DNA from: Candidatus Bathyarchaeum sp.
Lineage (GTDB): Archaea; Thermoproteota; Bathyarchaeia; Bathyarchaeales; Bathyarchaeaceae
DNA length: 40,032 nt
Reading direction: 5' to 3'
Assembly (NCBI GenBank): GCA_026014495.1
Contig: JAOZIF010000067.1
Coordinates: 1 to 40,032 of the forward strand
Each line of letters opens with the position of its first letter. Positions within the stretch are counted from its first letter, which is position 1. The notes beneath the pieces are model-generated. The model was not told the DNA's origin. It was given only the letters and a program-made list of their open reading frames with translations, and did no database searches. A program made the position numbers and the translations under genes. Shown one piece after another: positions 9,174-17,956 of this stretch.

Positions 9174-10922
9174 ATGCCTAAATACAAAATGCTAAACACG
9201 ACAGCGACAAGATATCTTCAATACCTTCAGGGTGTCCAAGGAGCTGTTGTTGCGATAAACAAGGATTTTGATGTCACATACATTAATGAGTATGGCGCAA
9301 AAATGCTGAAGTCAACTCCGGGCAAGATTATACGCAAAACGAAGTGTTATGATCTGTTCAAGACTTCAAATTGCAAGACTGCAAAATGTGCTTGTGCTAT
9401 TGCTATGAAAAACAAAAAATCAGCGTCTTCGGAGGCTATGTCTGATAATCAGATGAATTTGTGGATGACGGGTACGCCAACGTATGATAATGAAGGTAAA
9501 ATCAGTGGTGCGATAGAGTATGTTGTTGACATAACGTCGCTTAAGAGGGAGTCGGAGCAAAATAAGCAGCAGATGCAGTATCTTGAGGGTGTGCAAACTC
9601 CGGTTATTGCTATTGATGAAGAATTTAATATTAAGTACATTAATTCTTTTGGCGCCACCATATTGGGGTCTACGGCTGACAAGCTTGTGGGCAAGAAGTG
9701 TCATGATGTCTTTAAGACTGGGGACTGTAAAACTTCCAAGTGTGTTTGTGCGATTGCTATGAAAAGCAAGAAGCCAGCAACTTCAGAGACATCCTGCAAT
9801 GAAACAATGCAAATCAAGTGTACGGGTTCTCCGCTTTTTGATGATAAGGGCAAAATTGTTGGTGCTGTAGAGTATATTGCGGATATAACTGAACTAAAAG
9901 GGATGCTGGAGAGCACACAGGGCTTGGTTGAGGTTAGTACTTCTGTAGCTAATAATATTGAGGGGCTTTCAGGGGAAGTTCTGAAAACTGCAGAAAGTAT
10001 AGGAGCAATGGGTGCTCAATCGTCACAGGCTTCTGAGCGGCTGAGTAACACGATGGAGCAGGTTATGGCAGCGTCCCAAAATGTTTCTGATGGTGCACAA
10101 AGTCTGTCAAAGCTTGCTCAAGAAACGGCGAAGAATGTTCAATTATTGATGGATAAAATGACCAACGTTAACACAAACACAGTTGAAGTAAACAAAATCG
10201 TAAATGAGTCTAACAAAGTGGCGCAAGTCGCAAGTGAAAGCGGAAAAGAGGCACTAAAATCGTTAGGTGCAATAAAAGATGCATCAAATGATGTTGGAAA
10301 AACAATCGGCGAAGTAAATGCTTCAGTCAAAGATGTGGCTGGATTAGCAGATGATATCTCACAAATTGCAGGACAAATCAACATGTTAGCCCTGAACGCG
10401 GCGATAGAAGCTGCCCGAGCAGGAGAGGCAGGGCGCGGTTTTGCGGTTGTAGCTGATGCAGTTAAACAGCTTGCTGGGCAGGCAGGAACTGCAGCTAAGA
10501 CCTCTGTTGAATCTATCGACACGATAACAAAAGCTGGAGAAAGGGCGGGTAGCATGTCAAAGAGTGCGGATCAAGCAGCCATTGAGGGGAACGTGAATGT
10601 TAACGAGGCGGTTAATGGTTCACAGCAGGTAGCATCGTCTATGCAAAAGATTTTGGGGGTAACTCAGAATTTGGAAACAGCTGTTCAAGAGAGCGTTAGA
10701 TATCTTGAGGAGGTTGGGGGTGTCATTGAGCAGGTGGCGAGTTTCTCAGAGGAGTCTGCGTCTGCGTCAGAGCAAACCGCGGCAAGTATCGAGGAGCAAA
10801 CTGCAGCCACTGAAGAGGTGGCGGTTGCGGCTACAAAGGTTCAGGAAGAAGTTAGGAAAGTTATAGAGTTGGCGCAAAAAATTGCGGCTGAGGCAAAAAC
10901 GTTCAGGGACATGTGGCAGTAG
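9174..10922 (+). CDS. Soluble methyl-accepting chemotaxis protein with two Cys-rich PAS domains, paralog 2
   Basis: Same architecture as 6648..8411; GGAG RBS; [25 protein letters not shown]. Confidence 0.95.
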   Translation: MPKYKMLNTTATRYLQYLQGVQGAVVAINKDFDVTYINEYGAKMLKSTPGKIIRKTKCYDLFKTSNCKTAKCACAIAMKNKKSASSEAMSDNQMNLWMTGTPTYDNEGKISGAIEYVVDITSLKRESEQNKQQMQYLEGVQTPVIAIDEEFNIKYINSFGATILGSTADKLVGKKCHDVFKTGDCKTSKCVCAIAMKSKKPATSETSCNETMQIKCTGSPLFDDKGKIVGAVEYIADITELKGMLESTQGLVEVSTSVANNIEGLSGEVLKTAESIGAMGAQSSQASERLSNTMEQVMAASQNVSDGAQSLSKLAQETAKNVQLLMDKMTNVNTNTVEVNKIVNESNKVAQVASESGKEALKSLGAIKDASNDVGKTIGEVNASVKDVAGLADDISQIAGQINMLALNAAIEAARAGEAGRGFAVVADAVKQLAGQAGTAAKTSVESIDTITKAGERAGSMSKSADQAAIEGNVNVNEAVNGSQQVASSMQKILGVTQNLETAVQESVRYLEEVGGVIEQVASFSEESASASEQTAASIEEQTAATEEVAVAATKVQEEVRKVIELAQKIAAEAKTFRDMWQ

Positions 10923-10934
10923 AGGCAGTGTGTT

Positions 10935-11435
10935 ATGACAGTGACTGGAGATGTGCAGATAGTCAACTTTACCGTCGGCGACGTAGACTATGGTGTGCCT
11001 GTGGAGCAGGTTAGGGAGGTCAGGGATTTTCAGGCTGTGACCCCTGTTCCAGGAGCGCCCAGCTACGTTGAGGGGGTAACCAACCTTAGAGGTCAGATAA
11101 TAACTGTGATGGATTTACGGAAACGTCTGAACATAGAGGAGGGTGAGGGGGCTGGTGAAAAAATTATTGTCATTGAAATGGGTAAAGCAGCGGTTGGAGT
11201 TATGGTTGACACAGTAACAGAGGTTTCAACAATTGCTGAAGCAGACATAGAAAGGCACATTCAAGTCAGCAAGAAACTGGAAAATTATGTAGTTGGCGTT
11301 GCAAAGCAAGGCGAAAAGCTCATAGTTGTTATGGACTTGACGAAGATAATCTCTGACAATGATGAAGACTTGCCTGAGCATGGAAGGCTTTCGTCTAAGA
11401 AGCCACATGTGATCGAGCAGATGCCTTCTGCGTAA
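10935..11435 (+). CDS. cheW: Chemotaxis coupling protein CheW, copy 2
   Basis: YGVPVEQVREV, TPVPGAPSYVEGVTNLRGQIITVMDL. Confidence 0.95.
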   Translation: MTVTGDVQIVNFTVGDVDYGVPVEQVREVRDFQAVTPVPGAPSYVEGVTNLRGQIITVMDLRKRLNIEEGEGAGEKIIVIEMGKAAVGVMVDTVTEVSTIAEADIERHIQVSKKLENYVVGVAKQGEKLIVVMDLTKIISDNDEDLPEHGRLSSKKPHVIEQMPSA

Positions 11436-11523
11436 CTGTGAAGCAAGTAATAGGGATAGACAAAATGTTCTGGCTCTGTTTACCCCTTTTTTTAACGGAA
11501 CATGAAGACATAATGGATGGTGA

Positions 11524-12531
11524 ATGTTTTTGCGGGTTTTGGTTGTTGATGACTCTTCTTTTATGCGAAAAATCATAACAAAAATGATTGATTCAGACCC
11601 TCAGTTGACTGTTGTTGGTACAGCATTTGATGGAGTAAATGCGTTAGAGAGGATTGAACAACTAGAACCAGACGTGATTACGCTAGACGTTAACATGCCG
11701 CGCATGGATGGGTTAACGACTCTAAAAGAGGTTATGAAAAAAAATCCGATTCCAGTAATAATGCTTAGTGCCACTACACAAGAAGGAGCCGAAATAACCT
11801 TCAGGGCACTTAAACTTGGAGCCGTTGATTACATCCAAAAGCCTTCAGGTCAAATATCTTTGGACATAGAAACCGTCAGAAACGAGTTAGTAAATAAAAT
11901 CAAAACCGCCGCAAAAGCCAACATAGTTACACACGAAGACGCAACTTATGCTCAACTAAAAACTAAACAGCAAATTACAGAAAAAATCATCACTATCGGA
12001 GCTTCAACTGGAGGACCACCTGCAATAGAAGAGATACTAGTGCACCTGCCAGAAAACACGCCGCCGATACTTATTGTGCAGCATATGCCAGTTGGCTTCA
12101 CTAGCTTGTTTGCAAAGAGGCTGGATAGGCTTTGTAGTTTTGAGGTAAAAGAGGCGCAGGATGGGGATGAAATCAAGCAGGGGCGGGCGATTATTGCGCA
12201 GGGAGGCTATCACATGACTGTTACGGGGGATGGGCGAGTGCAGCTTAACAGTGGACCAACTAAGCATGGTGTGAAACCAGCGGTTGACCCGATGATGAAG
12301 ACCATTGCAAATGTTTACCAGTCACAGACAATCGGCGTAATTTTAACAGGTATGGGACGAGACGGTGCTTCAGGCATGAAAGCAATCAAAGAGAAGGGCG
12401 GAAAAACAATAGCACAAAACGAGCAAACATGCACAGTATACGGCATGCCCAAAGCAGCAGCAGAAACAATCAACATAGACAAAATACTACCACTCTCAAA
12501 AATACCACAACAACTAATGAAATGGTGCTAA
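11524..12531 (+). CDS. cheB: Chemotaxis methylesterase CheB (receiver plus esterase domain)
   Basis: VLVVDDS...DVITLDVNMPRMDG receiver; catalytic triad motifs GASTGGP, VQHMP, LTGMGRDG. Confidence 0.97.
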   Translation: MFLRVLVVDDSSFMRKIITKMIDSDPQLTVVGTAFDGVNALERIEQLEPDVITLDVNMPRMDGLTTLKEVMKKNPIPVIMLSATTQEGAEITFRALKLGAVDYIQKPSGQISLDIETVRNELVNKIKTAAKANIVTHEDATYAQLKTKQQITEKIITIGASTGGPPAIEEILVHLPENTPPILIVQHMPVGFTSLFAKRLDRLCSFEVKEAQDGDEIKQGRAIIAQGGYHMTVTGDGRVQLNSGPTKHGVKPAVDPMMKTIANVYQSQTIGVILTGMGRDGASGMKAIKEKGGKTIAQNEQTCTVYGMPKAAAETINIDKILPLSKIPQQLMKWC

Positions 12532-12688
12532 AGCCGAAGTAGAATATACAATTAACAAGATTTTGTCATGCATATACTTTTGGAAAAAATCAGAAAAAAC
12601 ATTAACATAAAGAATTTTTATCAACATGAGAGCAGAATGCAAATATTTTTAAATTTATTTAGAGTTAAAGATAATAATTGGGAATTAA

Positions 12689-13000
12689 ATGCCCAAAAAG
12701 AAGAAAGAAGACTCTTTGGGTCTTAATAGACGACAAAAAGCATTTACTTTGAAAATTAACAAAATAAAGGGAGAAAGTGGGGAGATAGCGTTCAAAGTTG
12801 AGCAGAGACTACAAGGACATGACGTTAAAAAAGTTCACAAAGGTAGAGATTTTGTAGTTCAGGAAAAAGATGTTTGGGGAAGAAAACAAGGAAAGCCGTA
12901 CTCTGTTGAAGTCAAGAAAGGACCAAAAGCAGAGCTATCTGATGCACAGAAAAAGAGGAAAAAACAGGAAAAAAGACGATATAAAGTTGTTAGATATTAG
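12689..13000 (+). CDS. Small basic PD-(D/E)xK-fold nuclease-like protein (Hjc/VRR-NUC-like core)
   Basis: Motifs in the expected order: KGESGE (motif I Glu), GRDF (motif II Asp), VEVKKG (ExK), LSDAQK; very Lys/Arg-rich termini. Confidence 0.65.
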   Translation: MPKKKKEDSLGLNRRQKAFTLKINKIKGESGEIAFKVEQRLQGHDVKKVHKGRDFVVQEKDVWGRKQGKPYSVEVKKGPKAELSDAQKKRKKQEKRRYKVVRY

Positions 13001-13001
13001 G

Positions 13002-13024
13002 AGTAGTTGATGAAAACTACTTTT
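13002..13024 (+). terminator. Hairpin plus T tract after the nuclease gene
   Basis: agtagtt-gatgaa-aactact followed by ttt. Confidence 0.45.
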
Positions 13025-13089
13025 CATAAAATCACAATCATAACAGAAATACTGCGTCATTGATTGGAGTTTGTTCACACTTCTGTGCG

Positions 13090-13139
13090 GCATATTAGGA
13101 TACAAATAGAGGTACATTGTTGAAAACTAGCTTTTTTTC
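13090..13139 (+). repeat. 50-bp dispersed element, copy 1
   Basis: gcatattaggatacaaatagaggtacattgttgaaaactagctttttttc; 48/50 identical to 39617-39666. Confidence 0.9.
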
Positions 13140-13229
13140 TGAAATTTTCTGCACAGCACACGTTTGCTAAAAAAGTTCACACTTGTGTGTTCTAGCTGAA
13201 ATTCAAAGAGGGTTAATTGATAAGTTAGG

Positions 13230-13604
13230 CTAGAAAGGTAGGAGTGATTGTATTCCTAATAGTGCTGATATGACGATTGATGCTGCTGCTGTTGCGCCTA
13301 GTACCATGATGTTTTTTGGTGTTATTGGAAAAAATGATGAAGAGGCTTCTTGTTGTTCTTTGTCTTTGATTTCGTATTCTTTTATTTGCTCTGTTGTGGC
13401 GTCAATTTGCACGGTGGCAATTTTTTTGAGCAAGCCAACCTCAACTATGTAGAGTTCTTCTTCTAAAGAAGCTTTAATTGGCTTGAGACCCTGCTTGTTT
13501 CCAAGTCTCTTCAAAAAGTTTGTTGCAATTAACGTGACTTCTTCAGCATTAAGAAGCTTAGTCTCCTCTTCTTCCTCGTCGTAGGTTTCATCATCTGCGG
13601 ACAT
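13230..13604 (-). CDS. Small membrane-anchored protein with an acidic N-terminus and a PepSY-like domain
   Basis: GGAG RBS before the ATG at 13604; helix plus beta-meander pattern (AEEVTLIATNFLK...YIVEV...VQIDATT..IKEYEI); C-terminal TM helix. Confidence 0.65.
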   Translation of the reverse strand: MSADDETYDEEEEETKLLNAEEVTLIATNFLKRLGNKQGLKPIKASLEEELYIVEVGLLKKIATVQIDATTEQIKEYEIKDKEQQEASSSFFPITPKNIMVLGATAAASIVISALLGIQSLLPF

Positions 13605-13845
13605 AATCTTAGTCTCCAACAACGCTTAGTCAACAAAATTGTCTTAAAAAAAAGAGTGTGTAACTTTTTGAACTGACACAAAAAACAAAAACAAATTATA
13701 CACTAAAAGGATTCAAGAGCTAAAATGAATTAATCTATATTCTGGCTAGTTACTGTGTTTTCATAACCATTTTTACCCATCAACACCAACACTGACAACA
13801 AAAAATCAGACTCAAAAAAGAAAAACAGTCAATGAGGAATAACAG

Positions 13846-15825
13846 TTGAATGGGTGGTCAACTAAAGGATTTTGTTTATTCACAATCAGCCTAATATTGG
13901 TCACAGCCACCATAACGCCAACAGCCTTTATGTTAGTAGCCCCTGCATCAGCAAAACCCAATGTCCCGTACACCCTAGGAGACTGGACATACGTAAGCAA
14001 GCCTGTGCTTCCAATCAAAATTAACGAATCCCAGATTCCCATAGGCTCAGACTGGACATACGTTTACACCCTACAAGAAGGAATAGCTTACCGAGTCTAC
14101 TGCTACGGAGACTGGATAGACAGCTCCACACAAACAAACAAAACAGACTACGACATCTTCGTCTACGACCCAGCAGGAAACCTAGAATCATACCACACAG
14201 AAGCCGCAGGACTACCCGAACACCTAGGCACAACAGTCGACCACCCATACTTTATCCCAAAACAAAGCGGCGACTACAGCTTCCGAATAATAAATGACCC
14301 AAGAGAAAGCGACGGCGCCCAAGCAGCAACATTCATGATAATCGAGCACATCGAAACAAACACATGGTACCAACGCAGCATGCAAGGAAAAATAGACGAC
14401 CAGCCAGTAGAACAAACCAGCTGGGCATACGAATTCAACACAACAAGCACCAACATACAAATCAAAGTGCAAGTCCCAGACACTCTCGACATGTACGAAG
14501 CCCGACTTTACATCATGGCAAATCCAGCAACACAAACAGGCAGCATACTCAACGAAGTGCCCCTAGCATGGGAACAGGGATTATACGGCAACACCACAGA
14601 CATCTACGGCGGATACAACCTAGACAGCGAAGGCATCAGAATCAACGACGCAATGGCAAGCTGCGAATACCCAGGACAAGACATGCTAATCAATTTCACA
14701 GCCCCAGTTGAAGGAAACCTGCTCTACCACATTGTAGTTATAGCTGAGAACGGTGAAGGCGACATAAATTTCATAATAAAAACAGACTATGATGCCCCAG
14801 AGGTAACCGTGCTAAATCATGTAGACAAGGTTAACCCCAACAACGCAACAACCATACTCGCCCATGTACAAGAGCAGTTTAACCTAGAAACAGTTACCCT
14901 AAATTACACAAAAGACAACGGCGCAACATACACTGCAATAGAAATGATTGAAACAACAAACAGCACATACAACGCAACAATCCCAGGACAACCAGCAGGA
15001 ACAGCAGTCAATTACACTGTCTTGGCACGGGACATAAGCGAAAACACTGCAAAAGTTCAGGGCACATACTGGGTGAAAAAAACAGCAAACATCACTTTAG
15101 ACGTTTCAAGCCCAGCTGTTTACTATGGAGAAAACATCACGATAACAGGCTCAACCCCAGTAGGCGAAACAAACGTCACCATAACTTATTCAATAACAAA
15201 CAGTTCCACATCAAACGTCACCAGCCTAGAGTATGAAACAACAAACAACACGATGCTAAACTACACAACAAACAACTCTACAATAACAAGAACAGTAACC
15301 ACAGACGCCACAGGAACATTCCGTGACAAATACGCCCTGAACAAAACAGGAACATGGCTAGTTTGGGCAACATGGAACGGAACCGAAACATACTTTGACG
15401 CAACTAGCGACACCAAAAACTTCACCATCCAAAAAATAAACCTAGCAATATCATGCAACATAACGTCCAAAAGCGTAACTATCGGCGACAACATCACCGT
15501 AATAGGCTCAGTCTACCCGACAGCAAAGAATCTAACAGTTAACCTAACATTCTCCAGCGCCAACTCAACCATCAAACAAACCACACAAACAAACATGAAC
15601 GGAACATACAGGGTAAGCTACAAACCCGACACGATGGGCTTATGGCACGTTCACGCAAACATAACAGGTAACGCCTCAATAAGCACAACATACAGCAGCG
15701 TAACCACCTTCACAGTAAACGACACATTCCTAAACCAATACATGCTCTACATCATAGGCGGCGCTGGTGGCTGCGCAGGAGTCAGCGTTGTAATGTTCAT
15801 CAAAAAAAGACGAGAGTACGAATAA
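13846..15825 (+). CDS. Cell-surface glycoprotein with Ig-like repeats and a C-terminal membrane anchor
   Basis: GAGGA RBS plus TTG start; signal peptide ending APASA; many N-x-S/T sequons; Thr-rich beta domains; YMLYIIGGAGGCAGVSVVMFI-KKRR anchor. Confidence 0.85.
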   Translation: MNGWSTKGFCLFTISLILVTATITPTAFMLVAPASAKPNVPYTLGDWTYVSKPVLPIKINESQIPIGSDWTYVYTLQEGIAYRVYCYGDWIDSSTQTNKTDYDIFVYDPAGNLESYHTEAAGLPEHLGTTVDHPYFIPKQSGDYSFRIINDPRESDGAQAATFMIIEHIETNTWYQRSMQGKIDDQPVEQTSWAYEFNTTSTNIQIKVQVPDTLDMYEARLYIMANPATQTGSILNEVPLAWEQGLYGNTTDIYGGYNLDSEGIRINDAMASCEYPGQDMLINFTAPVEGNLLYHIVVIAENGEGDINFIIKTDYDAPEVTVLNHVDKVNPNNATTILAHVQEQFNLETVTLNYTKDNGATYTAIEMIETTNSTYNATIPGQPAGTAVNYTVLARDISENTAKVQGTYWVKKTANITLDVSSPAVYYGENITITGSTPVGETNVTITYSITNSSTSNVTSLEYETTNNTMLNYTTNNSTITRTVTTDATGTFRDKYALNKTGTWLVWATWNGTETYFDATSDTKNFTIQKINLAISCNITSKSVTIGDNITVIGSVYPTAKNLTVNLTFSSANSTIKQTTQTNMNGTYRVSYKPDTMGLWHVHANITGNASISTTYSSVTTFTVNDTFLNQYMLYIIGGAGGCAGVSVVMFIKKRREYE

Positions 15826-15874
15826 AAAATCACACACACCAACTAAAAACCAAGCACAACAAGAATGAGAATAG

Positions 15875-15957
15875 GAGCACACGCAAAAGAAGGAAGGCGA
15901 ATTGGCGTGTGGGTGGAAACGCTAACATTCAACCTTTTGAAATAGTTGCGTGTGCTC
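15875..15957. ncRNA. 83-nt long hairpin (candidate structured RNA or palindromic element) upstream of gatC
   Basis: Perfect 12-bp arms gagcacacgcaa (15875-15886) and ttgcgtgtgctc (15946-15957) enclose nested stems aagg/cctt, gaa/ttc and ttggcgt/acgctaa. Confidence 0.45.
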
Positions 15958-16130
15958 AATTCACGTTCCGACTCTAAGCAATAAAACAGTTCTGAATTCT
16001 CCGTACATAATTCAAATAAACAAAACTGCACACACCACAGATTGTGCAGAAGAGTTAAAAGTATTCCAGATAAGACTTGGAAATATAGAAGCTTGCATAT
16101 CACCTCAAGTTGTTACGAGAAGGAGTGAAC

Positions 16131-16424
16131 ATGAAAAAACAGCATCTGTCAAAGAAAGAAGTTGAACACGTGGCTTGGCTTGCCCACATAGAACTCTCTG
16201 ACGAAGAGAAAACGCTCTTCACCGAACAGTTCAACGAAATTCTTGAATACTTCAAAAAGATTGACGAAACAAACACACAAAACGTTGAACCCACATACAA
16301 CGTTTTAGACCTAACCAATGTCTCTAGAAAAGACGAAACAAAGCCTTCGTTGCCCACAAAAGAAGCCCTCAGAAACGCTCCAAAAAAAGAGAAAAAATTC
16401 TTTAAAGCCCCAAGAATCGTTTAG
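16131..16424 (+). CDS. gatC: Asp/Glu-tRNA amidotransferase subunit C
   Basis: EVEHVAWLAHIEL...EILEYF...RKDE...LRNAP...FFKAPRIV; GGAGTGA RBS before ATG 16131; directly upstream of gatA. Confidence 0.95.
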   Translation: MKKQHLSKKEVEHVAWLAHIELSDEEKTLFTEQFNEILEYFKKIDETNTQNVEPTYNVLDLTNVSRKDETKPSLPTKEALRNAPKKEKKFFKAPRIV

Positions 16425-16436
16425 GAAGCACATAAC

Positions 16437-17903
16437 ATGCCAAAATTACATGAGTTAACCGCCAAACAAACCATACAAAAAATACAAGACAACGAAGTAA
16501 CCGCACAAGAATGCGTCCAAGCAGTTTTCGAAACAATCCACAAACTAGAAGACAAAATCAACGCTTATGTTACCCTTGTTGAAGAAGAAGCACTCAACAA
16601 AGCAAAGGAAATTGACAGAAAAATCTCCGATGGAAAACCCGTTGGAAAATTAGCAGGCGTTGCAATCGCAGTGAAAGACGCAATCTGCACACAGGGAATT
16701 CTTACCACCTGTTCTTCTAGGATGCTACAAAATTTTGTTCCTCCCTACGACGCAGAGGTTATTGAACGAATTAAACGAGAGGACGGAATAATTATTGGGA
16801 AGACAAACATGGACGAGTTTGCCATGGGGTCTTCAACAGAAACAAGCTATTTTGGCCCAACACGCAACCCATGGGATACATCACGGGTTCCCGGAGGCTC
16901 ATCCGGAGGCAGCGCAGCATGCATCGCCACAAACGAAGCCACGTTAGCACTGGGAACTGACACTGGAGGCTCTATTCGTTGTCCAGCCAGCTACTGCTCG
17001 GTTGTTGGCTTAAAACCAACCTACGGATTGGTCAGCCGATACGGATTAATTGCATACGCAAACAGTCTTGAACAGATTGGGCCAATGACAAAAGACGTTT
17101 ACGACTGTGCACTGTTTTTGTCAGTTATTGCTGGACATGATTCAAAAGACGGCACCTCAGTGAACGTAGAGCCAAAAGATTACACAAAATGCCTAAAAAA
17201 CAACGCAAAGGGACTCAAGATTGGCGTTCCTAAAGAGTTCTTTGGCGAGGGCACAAACGAGGCTGTTGAAAAACAGGTCTGGAATGCAATCCATAAACTT
17301 GAAGAGCGGGGGGCATCCCACGAGGAAACTTCGCTTCCAAATCTTGAACATTCCCTTGCCACATACTATATCATAGCAATGTCAGAAGCCAGCTCAAACC
17401 TAGCAAGATACGACGGCCTAAGGTATGGTTACCGAGTTGACAAAGATGATGGAGACTGGGCAACAGTTTACTCAAAAAACAGGCGCGACGGATTTGGAGC
17501 AGAAGTAAGACGCCGAATAATTCTTGGCACTTATGCTCTTTCAGCGGGATATTACAACAAGTATTATTTGAAGGCGCTTAAGGTTCGAACTCTGATTCGA
17601 GAAAACTTCACAGAAGCTTTCAAGAAATTTGATGTTCTAATTGGTCCCACCATGCCGTTTCCACCATTCAAAATTGGAGAGAAAATACAGGATCCACTAG
17701 CACTTTACATGAGTGACGTGGATACAGTATCAACAAATCTAGCTGGATTACCAGCCATATCGGTTCCATGCGGATTCACAGATGGGCTTCCAATTGGAAT
17801 GCAGATTACAGCTCCACCCCTCCGAGAAGACCTGACATTACAGGCTGCGTACACTTTTGAACAAAACACAGATTACAAAACCAAAAAACCAGCAATTAAC
17901 TAA
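16437..17903 (+). CDS. gatA: Asp/Glu-tRNA amidotransferase subunit A
   Basis: Amidase signature: AVKDAI, GKTNMDEFAMGSSTE, PGGSSGGSAA, GTDTGGSIRCPA, EVRRRIILGTY. Confidence 0.98.
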   Translation: MPKLHELTAKQTIQKIQDNEVTAQECVQAVFETIHKLEDKINAYVTLVEEEALNKAKEIDRKISDGKPVGKLAGVAIAVKDAICTQGILTTCSSRMLQNFVPPYDAEVIERIKREDGIIIGKTNMDEFAMGSSTETSYFGPTRNPWDTSRVPGGSSGGSAACIATNEATLALGTDTGGSIRCPASYCSVVGLKPTYGLVSRYGLIAYANSLEQIGPMTKDVYDCALFLSVIAGHDSKDGTSVNVEPKDYTKCLKNNAKGLKIGVPKEFFGEGTNEAVEKQVWNAIHKLEERGASHEETSLPNLEHSLATYYIIAMSEASSNLARYDGLRYGYRVDKDDGDWATVYSKNRRDGFGAEVRRRIILGTYALSAGYYNKYYLKALKVRTLIRENFTEAFKKFDVLIGPTMPFPPFKIGEKIQDPLALYMSDVDTVSTNLAGLPAISVPCGFTDGLPIGMQITAPPLREDLTLQAAYTFEQNTDYKTKKPAIN

Positions 17904-17956
17904 AAAGCTACGAAACAACTATAGTCTGCGTTATCAACTAACTGCATGGTGAACTC

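Noticed and set aside
13105-13130. CRISPR repeat or Xer dif site (element contains gttgaaaac)
   Set aside because: Only two distant copies, no spacers or cas genes, and no 11-6-11 inverted dif symmetry.
15865-15945. 26-aa peptide ORF MRIGAHAKEGRRIGVWVETLTFNLLK
   Set aside because: No RBS; it coincides with the long hairpin, which explains the sequence better.
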